41,794 nucleotides of DNA. Origin: Polyangiales bacterium (lineage in GTDB: Bacteria > Myxococcota_A > Polyangia > Polyangiales > Polyangiaceae). The notes under the pieces were generated by a model. That model did not search any database. It was not told the DNA's origin and worked only from the letters and a program-made list of their open reading frames with translations. The DNA lies in NCBI GenBank assembly GCA_038231275.1, contig JBBRLQ010000048.1:1-41794 (forward strand). The letters are read 5' to 3'. The position numbers and the translations under genes were made by a program. Shown piece by piece: positions 1 to 14,435 of this stretch (positions are counted from its first letter, which is position 1; every line of letters starts with the position of its first letter).

Positions 1-62
1 AGCGCCTCCACGAGGTTCTGCGTGTGAAGCCGGTCGAGCTTGGAGGGCCGATGGGTCGACAT
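1..62 (-). CDS. possible 5' end of a gene running off the window (MSTHRPSKLDRLHTQNLVEA...)
   Basis: ATG at 62, open to the window edge, host-like codons, preceded by TGT-TAACGC (imperfect extended -10); only 20 codons visible. Confidence 0.3.
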   Translation of the reverse strand, partial: MSTHRPSKLDRLHTQNLVEA

Positions 63-102
63 GCACCGCGCGTTAACACGAACGCGGCGCCATGGACAGC
101 TG

Positions 103-219
103 TCAGGCGAAATCGCCTACGAAACGAGGGGATCCCTCAGCGTTGGTGGGGTTCGTCTGCTCTAGGAAGTAGCCGAACGCGGCGAGCTCAAGGCGGTCGA
201 GGAGCGCATCGTCCTCCAT
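103..219 (-). pseudogene. 38-aa remnant resembling the N-terminus of a glucoamylase-like/GH144 family protein
   Basis: MEDDALLDRLELAAFGYFLEQTNP resembles the LLDxLqxxAFxYF...NPxNG start of this family, then diverges and stops; TGT-TAGGGT -10 box 7 nt upstream of the ATG. Confidence 0.5.
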
Positions 220-351
220 CCGCGCGACCCTAACACCGTGTGCCCATCGTAGCGACGCCCGCACACGACCCGAGCACGCGGAGTGCAGCGATTTCGCAGC
301 GAACTCGCGGTAAGCTTGGGGCCGCGGGAAGTATGAGACAATCGTTCGGGC

Positions 352-4206
<3,855 letters not shown>

Positions 4207-4227
4207 TGAAAGGCGCGAGCCCTCACC

Positions 4228-6402
<2,175 letters not shown>

Positions 6403-6546
6403 CGGCAGCCTCGTGGCGGAGGAGTGTGAGCGAGAAACCGAGAACGGTCTACGCCCGCACGGCATTCCAAAGAGGCGCTCTCACGAATCGGAGCGCCTGC
6501 GTCCAGAAGTGCTCGACCTGACCGCGTTGCACGGGCTGACGCTGCA

Positions 6547-7524
6547 TCACGGTTTCGGCGAGACGAGCGGATTCACGCCAGCGCCTTGAAATAGCGCCCT
6601 TTGGTTCGTGGTCGGGTCGGTGAACTGGTTGTAGAGCGTGCCAGTGCCCGTCGAGGGGTCGATCGCGATCACGCCGCCCGTGCCGTCGTGCGTGAACGCG
6701 AAGACCTTGCCAGCGCCGAATGCGACGCCGAAGAGCCTCCCATATCCGATCCCGCCATCGGACGCGGTGGCGTTCACGTTCGAGAGATCGATCCGCACGA
6801 GCAAGTTGTTCGTGAGCGTCGCCGGTGACGCGACCGAGTACGCGCTGCCAAACGTGGTGCCGTCGCCAATCGTAGCGAGGTCGCCCACAAGCGCGAGTCC
6901 GCCGTTCAGTGAGCCGATCAGCGTCACCTTAGGAGGCGTCGTCGCCGGGTCGAGGCTGCAGATCGCTCCCTTTTCGTCCCCGAGGTAGAGCTTGCCGCTC
7001 GTGGTGGCCGTAAGCGCGACGTTCCCCGCACCGCACGGCGCGATGTCACCGACCTTCGTGACGTGCCCCGTCATCGCGTCGGCGCGGTAAAGCGCGCTCT
7101 GCGAGACGACCCAAACGACGTCGTCCGGCGTCACCGCGAGGTCCAGAAGACTATCCTCGCCAACGCCCGCTTCCGTCGTCGGCGGCGCCTGAAACGGGCC
7201 CACCGGCACCAGCGACGTCGTCGTCAGATCGACGTAGTAGAGCGAGTGATCGGTGTGCGCGTAGATGGTGTAACAACCCGTCGAGGAAGGCGGGCACCCG
7301 CGCTGCGGCGAGCGCGCGTCGGCATCCGTTGCGTCCGAGACATCCGCGAGGCCGCCGTCCGATGGCGTGGGCCCGTCGACCGCGCTCGGCGCATCGCTCG
7401 TGGCGTCGCTCGTCGACGCGTCGACTGCAGGCGCGGAGGGGGAGCCGTCCGAGCCCCCGCACGCGACCGCCCCGGAGGCCAGCGACAGAGAGGCGAAGAC
7501 CACAGAGAGCAAACGGTGACGCAT
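6547..7524 (-). CDS. lipoprotein with predicted beta-propeller-like domain
   Basis: signal peptide with AVAC lipobox, DA-rich linker, repeated beta-strand units (DLAVTPD, LYRAD, LVRIDL, IAIDP). Confidence 0.75.
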   Translation of the reverse strand: MRHRLLSVVFASLSLASGAVACGGSDGSPSAPAVDASTSDATSDAPSAVDGPTPSDGGLADVSDATDADARSPQRGCPPSSTGCYTIYAHTDHSLYYVDLTTTSLVPVGPFQAPPTTEAGVGEDSLLDLAVTPDDVVWVVSQSALYRADAMTGHVTKVGDIAPCGAGNVALTATTSGKLYLGDEKGAICSLDPATTPPKVTLIGSLNGGLALVGDLATIGDGTTFGSAYSVASPATLTNNLLVRIDLSNVNATASDGGIGYGRLFGVAFGAGKVFAFTHDGTGGVIAIDPSTGTGTLYNQFTDPTTNQRALFQGAGVNPLVSPKP

Positions 7525-7577
7525 GCGTCAGGTTAGCAAGATACGAGGGGAGATACGACGACGAGCGCGCCGGATCA

Positions 7578-7895
7578 TCAGTCGTACCTTACCAGCACGC
7601 TCATTCGCGTGTCCGTGGACGAGGTCGTCCAAGGCGTTCCGTTCGCGTCCTGCCAGTGAACGGACCAGTCGACGCTGGCCGCGTCGGGATGGGACAGCAG
7701 GTACTGCCTCGCGTCCGCCTTGCCCTCCGCGTATGCCTTGTTCTGATCGACTTGGAGGTCCGGCCCCTTTTTCTTCTTGTCGGTCCGCTGAATGCTGGCG
7801 CAGGTAACGCAGCCGTGGATGCGCGGAGCCTGGTCGTAGGCGGGCGTGTTTTCATCGACGCGCTCGAGCGCGATCTCTTTCTTCGCTTCGCTCAC
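7578..7895 (-). CDS. small hypothetical protein with CxTC leader (cassette A cargo)
   Basis: GTG start overlaps the stop of the upstream DcrB-like gene (GTGA); N-terminal motif shared with 40400..40876. Confidence 0.75.
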   Translation of the reverse strand: MSEAKKEIALERVDENTPAYDQAPRIHGCVTCASIQRTDKKKKGPDLQVDQNKAYAEGKADARQYLLSHPDAASVDWSVHWQDANGTPWTTSSTDTRMSVLVRYD

Positions 7896-8422
7896 GGACG
7901 CACCCGCCGAGGGCCGGGTATCGGGACGGTGGGGAGCATGGCCAACGGCGGCGGCGTGACCGACCGCGGGCCGCCGGGCGTCGTGGACGACAGCGTCGCC
8001 GCCATGCCGACGCTCAAGCTCGAGAGCATGTGCTCGAAGGGCTCGGACGCGTCACCGGCGAGCATGGTGCACGTGGCGACGAGCACGCCCTGCTCCCCGT
8101 CGTCCACCCACGCGAGCATCTCGCGCACGACTCCGTTCTCGCTGTCCCATTGCATTGAAGCCCGGAAGGCGCTTTGGCCGCCGAGCCTCGTCGGCTGGCC
8201 TTCGACGAGTCGACGCTCGGGAGCGTTTCGCGAGATCTCGACGAGACGGCGCCACGCGTACGCCGACAACGGCTCGCTGGGCTCGCGCTGATCACGGGTG
8301 ACGACGACGCTGGGCACGGGCGACGCGCCCCTCGCCGGATCGACGAAGACGAGGATCTCGCGCCGCGGCCACGCGCCAGGAGCGTCGAACGAGAAGGGGC
8401 CGAACTCGTGGCGATGAGGCAT
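7892..8422 (-). CDS. DcrB/DUF1795-like (Mog1p/PsbP-fold) putative T6SS adaptor
   Basis: EFGPFSFDAPGAW...SVVVTRD...TRLGGQSA...VATCT...FEHMLSS pattern typical of DcrB/EagR-like proteins; clear paralog of 39835..40380, which precedes vgrG. Confidence 0.7.
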   Translation of the reverse strand: MPHRHEFGPFSFDAPGAWPRREILVFVDPARGASPVPSVVVTRDQREPSEPLSAYAWRRLVEISRNAPERRLVEGQPTRLGGQSAFRASMQWDSENGVVREMLAWVDDGEQGVLVATCTMLAGDASEPFEHMLSSLSVGMAATLSSTTPGGPRSVTPPPLAMLPTVPIPGPRRVRP

Positions 8423-8435
8423 TCGCAAAATTAGA

Positions 8436-8450
8436 GCAAGAGTGAGGCCA
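8436..8450 (-). promoter_or_regulatory. sigma54 -24/-12 promoter for cassette A
   Basis: TGGC-CTCACTC-TTGC(T) on the minus strand; GG-N10-GC spacing. Confidence 0.65.
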
Positions 8451-8561
8451 GCCCGCTTTTGCTCGAGGAGGAGCCGCAGGCGGCAAGCGTCAGCCGAGAC
8501 ATGAGCACCAGGTACGAAGCGCTGCGCAGAGGGCGCCCCGTTCCGAGGCCCTCTCGCGCTG

Positions 8562-8602
8562 TCGGACCTCTGGAGTCCGATGCTCGGACCGTTTCGGTCC
8601 GA
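8562..8602. promoter_or_regulatory. tandem palindromic upstream activator sites (UAS A)
   Basis: TCGGACC-tctgg-AGTCCGA (8562-8580) and perfect TCGGACC-gtttc-GGTCCGA (8584-8602), 22 bp period. Confidence 0.75.
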
Positions 8603-8651
8603 GATGGATCGGGGGAGGGCAGGCTGCGACCTCTTTCCGATGGAGTGGCAC

Positions 8652-9782
8652 TCACTGCTTCGGGGCGAAGCCGATCGTCCCCGCCGTGAAGTCGAAGAAG
8701 ACGTCCCTTTGGTAGAAGGGGATGGGGCCCAAGTTGTTGCCGATTGCCGTGCCGGCGCCGAGGACGAACGCGTCCTTGCCGACGACCGCGGGCGTGCCGA
8801 CCGTGAACGTCCACGACGCGTTCGTTGCGAGCTTTCCGGTGACGACCGTGCCTGCGGGAAAAGAGGTGCTTCCGTCAGGTATGCCGAGCGCGGCGTAGTC
8901 CGCCGGCGTCGAGACCGCGACCTTCGCGGCGTTGCCGCCCGTATCGATGATGCCGGTCGCGCAGAACGCGTTCAGGCAAAAGGGAACCTGCGTGTCCAAC
9001 CAACCAGGAACGCCGGACGCCGAGGTTTGCCCGTTCGTCGTCAGATGCACGAGATTCGCGTTGAAGCGGGCGATCTCGGCGGCGCTGGGGTCGACGTGCA
9101 GAACGCCCGCGCCGTCGCCGAACGCACCGAATGCAAGGATGTATTGTGCATGCGTTCCGAGCGCCGCGAGTGGGCTCGCGAGGTTCTTGGACGCACGCAT
9201 TCCTACACCGAGAATCGCGTTGAATTGGCCGCGGAAGCGAAACATGTCGATGGTCTTCCCAGCCGCTTCGCAGTTCGGCGCGCTCGCCGTGCAGGTCGCG
9301 CTGGTGACGTCTTCGACGGCGATCATTTTCGTCGTCTTGACGCCGCCGATCGTCACGAACGCATTGGCGATCGAGCCCCCAACCGTGACCCCGCTGCCGT
9401 ACGTCTCGGAGGCGGCAGCGGTGGCGGTGACGGTCCATGCGCTATCGGGGACGGTCCCCGTAATCACACGTAGCCCCACCGAGCCCGTGTCGAAGAATGC
9501 CGTGAACGGGGGGCTATCGCCGACGGAGATCTGGACGGTGCTGAAGGTGCCGTTCGGTCCGTTGGTCATCGGAGAGATTGGAATGTCGAACGCGGATCGC
9601 GGGCCCGCGGCCTCGACGTTGGCGTCGTGCGCCGGCGCGGCGGCGTCCGCCGGCGGAGTCGTGGTGCCGCCGTCGGCGCCGCCGGCATCGGCTTGGTCCG
9701 CCGGCGTGGCCGAGGCACCGCCTCCACACGCGGCCCCGAACGAGGCGAAAAGGATACTGAGGTTACGAAGCTTCATTGGCAT
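8652..9782 (-). CDS. pepsin-like aspartic protease lipoprotein (DUF3443-like)
   Basis: lipobox GAAC; two DTG motifs (FFDTGSVG, IIDTGGN), ILGVG, NLGPIPFYQRDVFFD...IGF ending. Confidence 0.75.
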   Translation of the reverse strand: MPMKLRNLSILFASFGAACGGGASATPADQADAGGADGGTTTPPADAAAPAHDANVEAAGPRSAFDIPISPMTNGPNGTFSTVQISVGDSPPFTAFFDTGSVGLRVITGTVPDSAWTVTATAAASETYGSGVTVGGSIANAFVTIGGVKTTKMIAVEDVTSATCTASAPNCEAAGKTIDMFRFRGQFNAILGVGMRASKNLASPLAALGTHAQYILAFGAFGDGAGVLHVDPSAAEIARFNANLVHLTTNGQTSASGVPGWLDTQVPFCLNAFCATGIIDTGGNAAKVAVSTPADYAALGIPDGSTSFPAGTVVTGKLATNASWTFTVGTPAVVGKDAFVLGAGTAIGNNLGPIPFYQRDVFFDFTAGTIGFAPKQ

Positions 9783-10012
9783 GCGTCGCAGACCGTGATC
9801 CTCGTGAGAGCGGCGTCGAGAACGACCAGAGTGTTGGCGGTGCATTGCCTCCGATACGCAATTGTCGGGCCGCACACGCTGCTGGCGCAGGGCTACTCGA
9901 CCTCGTCGCGCGCTCGCAGTGCACGACGACTACGACGACGTCGCCTAAGCCGTAAGCGCGCGTAAGCACCGTGGGGCATCGTTCGCGGCGAACGGCGCGC
10001 TACCTTGAGCCC

Positions 10013-11623
10013 ATGCTGTTTCGTCCGTCCGCGCTCACGCTGCTCGCCCTCGCGACGATGGGAACTTCTTGGGTCGCGTGCGTCACCTCCTCGGACAGTC
10101 CACCTGGCCCGCAGGCCTTCGACGGCGGCGGGTTCGACGCCGCTTGCACGTCCTGCGCGCCCGACGGGGACCTGCCGCGGGATGCCGCCACCGACACGGG
10201 GAGCCTCGACGCCGCGACGCCCGACGACTCCGCGGGCGGCGGCGACGCGGCGTCCGCGAAGGACGTGTACGTCGATCCCGCCGCGGGCCTCGACACGAAT
10301 GGCGGAACGAGCGCGTCGCCCTTCAAGACGATAGGGCGCGCGTTTACCGTCGTCCCCGCGGGAAGCACGGTATGGCTCGCAGACGGCACGTACCTCGCGG
10401 CGGCGGAGGGAAACAAAGTCCTCGCCATTCCCGACGGCACGACCCTCGCTGCAAGAAACGCCGGGCTCGCCGTTTTGTCGGCAATCGGATTCACGGCGAA
10501 CGGCGCGTCGACGGGAATCGCGGGCGTCGTCTTCGCAAGTGGCGCGACGCTCACCGCGAAAAATACGGCGATCGCGACGCCGACGCTCACCCTCACGGGC
10601 GTCCTGTTCACGTCGACGAGCAGCGCCGCCTCCACGCTGGCCGTTGGCGGCAACGTTCATGCGACGGTGAGCCAAACCTCCTTCTCGGGGAACCTGCCGT
10701 ATGGCACGCTCACCATTTCGGAAGCCGCCACGCTCGTGATGACGGGCGGGACGATCGACGCGAAAGGGACGGGCTCGGTGGCGTTCGGGGGCGGCGTCGT
10801 CACGGCGACCGGAACCTCGAACGTGACCCTCGACGGGGTGACTCTCAAGAACGTCCTCGCGACCGGGATCGTCGCCGGCGGAAACAACGCGGCCACCCCC
10901 TTGAAGCTGACCCTCCGCAATGGAACGACCCTCGATGCCGTCGGCTGCAACGGCACTCCTGGGGCGTGCGGAGCCATCGTCATCGGCGCGAACGCGAACG
11001 TGACCATCGATGGGTCCGAGGTAAAGAACTCTCCAGGCTCGGGCCTCTGCGTTCGTGCCTCCGGCGTCACATCGAACGTGACGGTCACCGTCCAAAACGC
11101 GGCGAAATTCACGAACGACGTCCGCGCGATCACGAGCGAGCCGGGAAGTGGTCAATCGTTTTCCGTCGCGACCTTCAAGATCGCGGGCGCGACGTTCGCG
11201 TCCAATTCGAGCGCGGCGATCTATTGGGAAGGGACCGGATCGTTCGATATCGGCGCGACAACGTTCAGCGCCAACGGCATTGGCATGCAGGTGTGGTCGA
11301 CGCCGTCGGTGAAATTGCGAAATAACGTATTTGCAGCGAATACGACCTACGCGTTCTTTGCGAGCAGCGTGTCGGCCGTGTTGCCCCTCGACCTCGGCAC
11401 GACCGCCAGCGCCGGCGGGAACACGCTCACGTCGGCGACGGGAACGGGGCTGTACCTCAGTCTTCCGAGCGCGCCGACGATCGACGCGGTGGGCAACACC
11501 TGGAACGCGAACGCCCAAGGGGCCGACGCGGCCGGTCACTATCCGGCGGGCACCACGATCGCCGGTCCGGTCGGCACCGGCGCGAACTATGTCCTCTCCA
11601 GCGTCGAGACCTTGCACCTCTGA
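10013..11623 (+). CDS. DUF1565 / parallel beta-helix lipoprotein
   Basis: lipobox WVAC; VYVDPAAGLDTNGGTSASPFKTIGRA...LADGTY motif; repeated beta-helix turns. Confidence 0.8.
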   Translation: MLFRPSALTLLALATMGTSWVACVTSSDSPPGPQAFDGGGFDAACTSCAPDGDLPRDAATDTGSLDAATPDDSAGGGDAASAKDVYVDPAAGLDTNGGTSASPFKTIGRAFTVVPAGSTVWLADGTYLAAAEGNKVLAIPDGTTLAARNAGLAVLSAIGFTANGASTGIAGVVFASGATLTAKNTAIATPTLTLTGVLFTSTSSAASTLAVGGNVHATVSQTSFSGNLPYGTLTISEAATLVMTGGTIDAKGTGSVAFGGGVVTATGTSNVTLDGVTLKNVLATGIVAGGNNAATPLKLTLRNGTTLDAVGCNGTPGACGAIVIGANANVTIDGSEVKNSPGSGLCVRASGVTSNVTVTVQNAAKFTNDVRAITSEPGSGQSFSVATFKIAGATFASNSSAAIYWEGTGSFDIGATTFSANGIGMQVWSTPSVKLRNNVFAANTTYAFFASSVSAVLPLDLGTTASAGGNTLTSATGTGLYLSLPSAPTIDAVGNTWNANAQGADAAGHYPAGTTIAGPVGTGANYVLSSVETLHL

Positions 11624-11792
11624 CGGTGTGCGTGCTGAGCGCGCCAGAGCTCACGCCGCACACTGCTCGAGAGGTCGCCGGAGATCTCGACGCGAGCTAC
11701 GGTCCCACCTTCGCGCGAGCCAGCGCGTCGCCGATGGGCCCGAGCGTGATGTTCTCGTCGGCTCCGAGGCGCGTGCGCTATCGTCCGTGCTC

Positions 11793-12683
11793 GTGCAGGT
11801 CAGACAGTCCATCACCGTGCTCCTTGCGCTCTTTCTCCTCGGTGGCTGCCGACCGAAGCCCGGGCCGGTCGACGTCGTGGCGGACGCCAGCGCGCCGGTC
11901 CCGCGCGCGACCGCCGCCGCCGATTCGGGATTTGCGCCGGCGAGGCCTTCCGCGCACGACGTGGTCGACGCATGGAACCAAGCGCACGTGAAGCACGACG
12001 CGACCGCGCTCCTGGGACTGTACGCACCTCGCGTCTCCTTCTACGGACGCACGCTGACCAATCGAGCGTGCGCAAATTCGAAGAAGGCGGCCTTCGCGAG
12101 CGACCCCAGCTACACCCAATCCGTGCGCGACGTGACCGCGCTGACCCTCGACGCGGGAGCGTCGGGCCCGACCGTGATGAGGTTCACCAAGACGAGCACC
12201 ACCAAGGGCAAGAGCACCGACTACCCGTCCACGCTCGTCGTCGACGCGAGCGGCCTCATCGTCACGGAGACCGACGCCGTGACCCAGCAGAACCTCGCCA
12301 GGCTAGCCCGTGACGAGTCGTCGTGGTGCACCGACAACGAGTACCCGGCGTTGGATTCGACGGCCACAGGCAAGCTCATTCCGCCGTTCAAGGTGAGCTC
12401 GCTGCGCGCCAGGCAACTCGGCATGCAGAGCAAACACTTCCGCACCCTCGCGGCGACCGAGCCTGACCACGCCATCGTCATCGACATCATCGGCTGCCCG
12501 ACCGCCTGCGACCGCGCTGCGAAAGAGTGCGGCTACCTCCTGCGGGTCGCCGACCACTCCAACATCGGAAAGTATGCATCCATCCTCGTCGGCTGGATCT
12601 ACGTCGACGCCATCGACGGCACGGTGTGGGACGAGACCGAGTCGGGTTGGCAATCCGAGCCGCCCTCCACCGGCGATTGGTGA
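11793..12683 (+). CDS. hypothetical lipoprotein with NTF2/SnoaL-like domain
   Basis: LLALFLLGGC lipobox; VVDAWNQAH..HDATALLGLYAPRVSFYG; start uncertain (11787 or 11793). Confidence 0.65.
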   Translation: MQVRQSITVLLALFLLGGCRPKPGPVDVVADASAPVPRATAAADSGFAPARPSAHDVVDAWNQAHVKHDATALLGLYAPRVSFYGRTLTNRACANSKKAAFASDPSYTQSVRDVTALTLDAGASGPTVMRFTKTSTTKGKSTDYPSTLVVDASGLIVTETDAVTQQNLARLARDESSWCTDNEYPALDSTATGKLIPPFKVSSLRARQLGMQSKHFRTLAATEPDHAIVIDIIGCPTACDRAAKECGYLLRVADHSNIGKYASILVGWIYVDAIDGTVWDETESGWQSEPPSTGDW

Positions 12684-12799
12684 GTGAGCTGCTCGCACGC
12701 CACATCTGCTACGGCGAGTGATCTTTGGCGGCGACCCCGCAGAACGCTCCGTGAACATCAAGCCGGGGCGGCCTCAATGAGTGGTTCATCCGCGGGTCG

Positions 12800-13435
12800 T
12801 CACGGCCCGCAGAGGCCCGCGCTGCAGGGCTGCGCATTCGAGCCGGCGCTCCGAAGAATGGCGCACGCGTTGACGTCCGCGCCTGAGCAATGCCGCTCGT
12901 AGAGGCGATGCGCGTCCTCGTAGATCAAGCGCTCGCATTCGGGGCGCGGCGGCGTCGCGCCGGACCAGATCCGTCGAAGGCTCTCGACGTAGAGCTGCGC
13001 CGCGAAGGGCCCGACGTCGGAGTCTGGACGCGCCTCGCCAAACGCGACGCGGCCGAACCAACGCGCGGCTTCCGGGTAGTGTCCAACGTCGAAGTAGATG
13101 CGCGCGATTCCGTAATGACACTCGTCCACAGGATAAGGAGGAGCTCCCCCGAACCGTCCCGGCCCCAGCTCCGGATGGATGTCTCGGCACTCTCGTTCGA
13201 GAATTTCTAGCCGCTCTGCGGTCGCGTCCGAGAGCGGCCTCGGTCCGTCCTTGGCCGCCGGTGCCGACCACGGCGTGGCCAGGCATCGGGCCTCGAGCTG
13301 CGCGCGGCGGTCCGCGGGCGCCGTGCGCGCAGGCGTCGCGGGCGACGGCCTCGCGACGGTGATCGGGTCGCGACCTACCTCCGGCGCGCCGCAACTCACG
13401 AGCGGCAGCAAACAGAGCAGAATGGCGAGCTTCAC
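12800..13435 (-). CDS. hypothetical lipoprotein with TPR-like helix pair
   Basis: GTG start, KLAILLCLLPLVSC lipobox; CHYGIARIYFDVGHYPEAARWF TPR-like segment. Confidence 0.65.
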   Translation of the reverse strand: MKLAILLCLLPLVSCGAPEVGRDPITVARPSPATPARTAPADRRAQLEARCLATPWSAPAAKDGPRPLSDATAERLEILERECRDIHPELGPGRFGGAPPYPVDECHYGIARIYFDVGHYPEAARWFGRVAFGEARPDSDVGPFAAQLYVESLRRIWSGATPPRPECERLIYEDAHRLYERHCSGADVNACAILRSAGSNAQPCSAGLCGP

Positions 13436-13456
13436 GTCACGAGGAATGTACGCGCG
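13425..13456. repeat. direct repeat copy 1 (26 bp exact with 22021..22046)
   Basis: GCGAGCTTCACGTCACGAGGAATGTA identical in both places, then one mismatch and GCGCG. Confidence 0.9.
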
Positions 13457-13569
13457 TCGCCGGATTGCGATCGGACAAAACCGAGACTCGTGTTCAACGA
13501 CGAAGAAAGCCACGACGCGGACCGCGCGAACGCGGCGGCCCTCCGTCGGCCTGCTCGTGAGGCCTGCGA

Positions 13570-13617
13570 TTGACAACCAAGGAGGGATCCTCAATAGTAT
13601 ACCGAATGGTGAACTAT
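13570..13617 (+). promoter_or_regulatory. sigma70-type promoter and probable ArsR operator
   Basis: TTGACA (13570), TAGTAT (13595; 19-nt spacer, longer than optimal); imperfect palindrome ATAGT..ACC....GGT..ACTAT (13594-13617) over the -10 box and ATG. Confidence 0.6.
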
Positions 13618-13977
13618 CGCCCGCGCGACCTCGACCGCGTCTTCGCCACGCTCTCCGACCCGACGCGTCGGGCGATCCTCGCGCGCCTCGCGAAGGCGGA
13701 GAGTCTGTCGATCAGCGTTCTCGCCGAGCCTTTTGCGATCACGCTGCCTGCGGTGATGAAACACCTCGACGTCCTCGGCGACGCCGGCTTGGTCACGCGC
13801 TCGAAGCAGGGGCGCACCGTCGCAGTGCGTCTGTCCCCGGCGCCGCTGCGCAGGGCCACCGAGTGGCTTCGTCGGTACGAGCGGTTCTGGTCCTCGGCCC
13901 TCGACCGCCTCGCGGCCCAGGCCGAGCACAAGGAAGCGGAGGCTCGCGATGCCGAGTCCGGGGAGGCCCGGCGATGA
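13606..13977 (+). CDS. ArsR/SmtB family transcriptional regulator
   Basis: LDRVFATLSDPTRRAIL...AVMKHLDVLGDAGLV..SKQGR...EWL..YERFW. Confidence 0.93.
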   Translation: MVNYRPRDLDRVFATLSDPTRRAILARLAKAESLSISVLAEPFAITLPAVMKHLDVLGDAGLVTRSKQGRTVAVRLSPAPLRRATEWLRRYERFWSSALDRLAAQAEHKEAEARDAESGEARR

Positions 13978-14435
13978 GTGGTGTCACCCTCGTCCGCCGG
14001 ATCGCCGCGCGTCCGACGATTGTCTTCGACTTGATGACGACGGCCGAGGGCGTCGCGTCGTGGTGGGGGCCGCAGGACTTGCCGGTTGTCCGGGCCGAGG
14101 TCGACGCCCGCGTCGGCGGCGCCTACCGCGTCCACTTCCGCACGCTCGACGGCGGCGAGCACGAAGCGTGCGGCGAATTCCTCGAGGTCGTGCCTCCGCG
14201 CCGCATCGTCATGAGCTATCGCTACACCCTCGGAGGCGAGCCCGGAGAGGAAGGTCGCACCTCGCGCATCGAGGTCGATCTCACGCCGATCGCCGACGGC
14301 ACCGAGGTCACCCTGAAGCACGTTGACCTCCGGAGCGAGGTCTCGGAGAGGAGTCACACCTGGGGATGGTCTGGTGCCTTGGACAAGCTCGTTCGGCACG
14401 CCGCGACAGTCGATGCGGAAGGACGGAAGACATGA
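13974..14435 (+). CDS. SRPBCC/AHSA1-like ligand-binding protein
   Basis: RRIAARP..VF....WWGP...DARVGG.YR...GEFLEV.PP.RIV...GW...LDKL; ATGA coupling to ArsR. Confidence 0.9.
   Translation: MSGVTLVRRIAARPTIVFDLMTTAEGVASWWGPQDLPVVRAEVDARVGGAYRVHFRTLDGGEHEACGEFLEVVPPRRIVMSYRYTLGGEPGEEGRTSRIEVDLTPIADGTEVTLKHVDLRSEVSERSHTWGWSGALDKLVRHAATVDAEGRKT

Noticed and set aside
7530..7545. TCTTGCTA upstream of the 6547..7524 lipoprotein as a fourth sigma54 promoter
   Set aside because: No GG at the -24 position and no UAS; it reads as an extended -10 (TGC-TAACCT).
8428..8433. TAATTT sigma70 -10 box as the sole promoter of cassette A
   Set aside because: Possible as a second promoter, but the TGGC-N7-TTGC element plus UAS shared with two other loci is the stronger explanation.
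8528..8554. AGAGGGC/GCCCTCT hairpin
   Set aside because: Short stem, long loop and no U-tract; cannot be supported as a terminator.
8562..8602. Tandem palindromes as a CRISPR mini-array or terminators
   Set aside because: Only two units with a 3-nt gap, no spacers, no cas genes and no U-tracts; position upstream of -24/-12 elements fits enhancers better.
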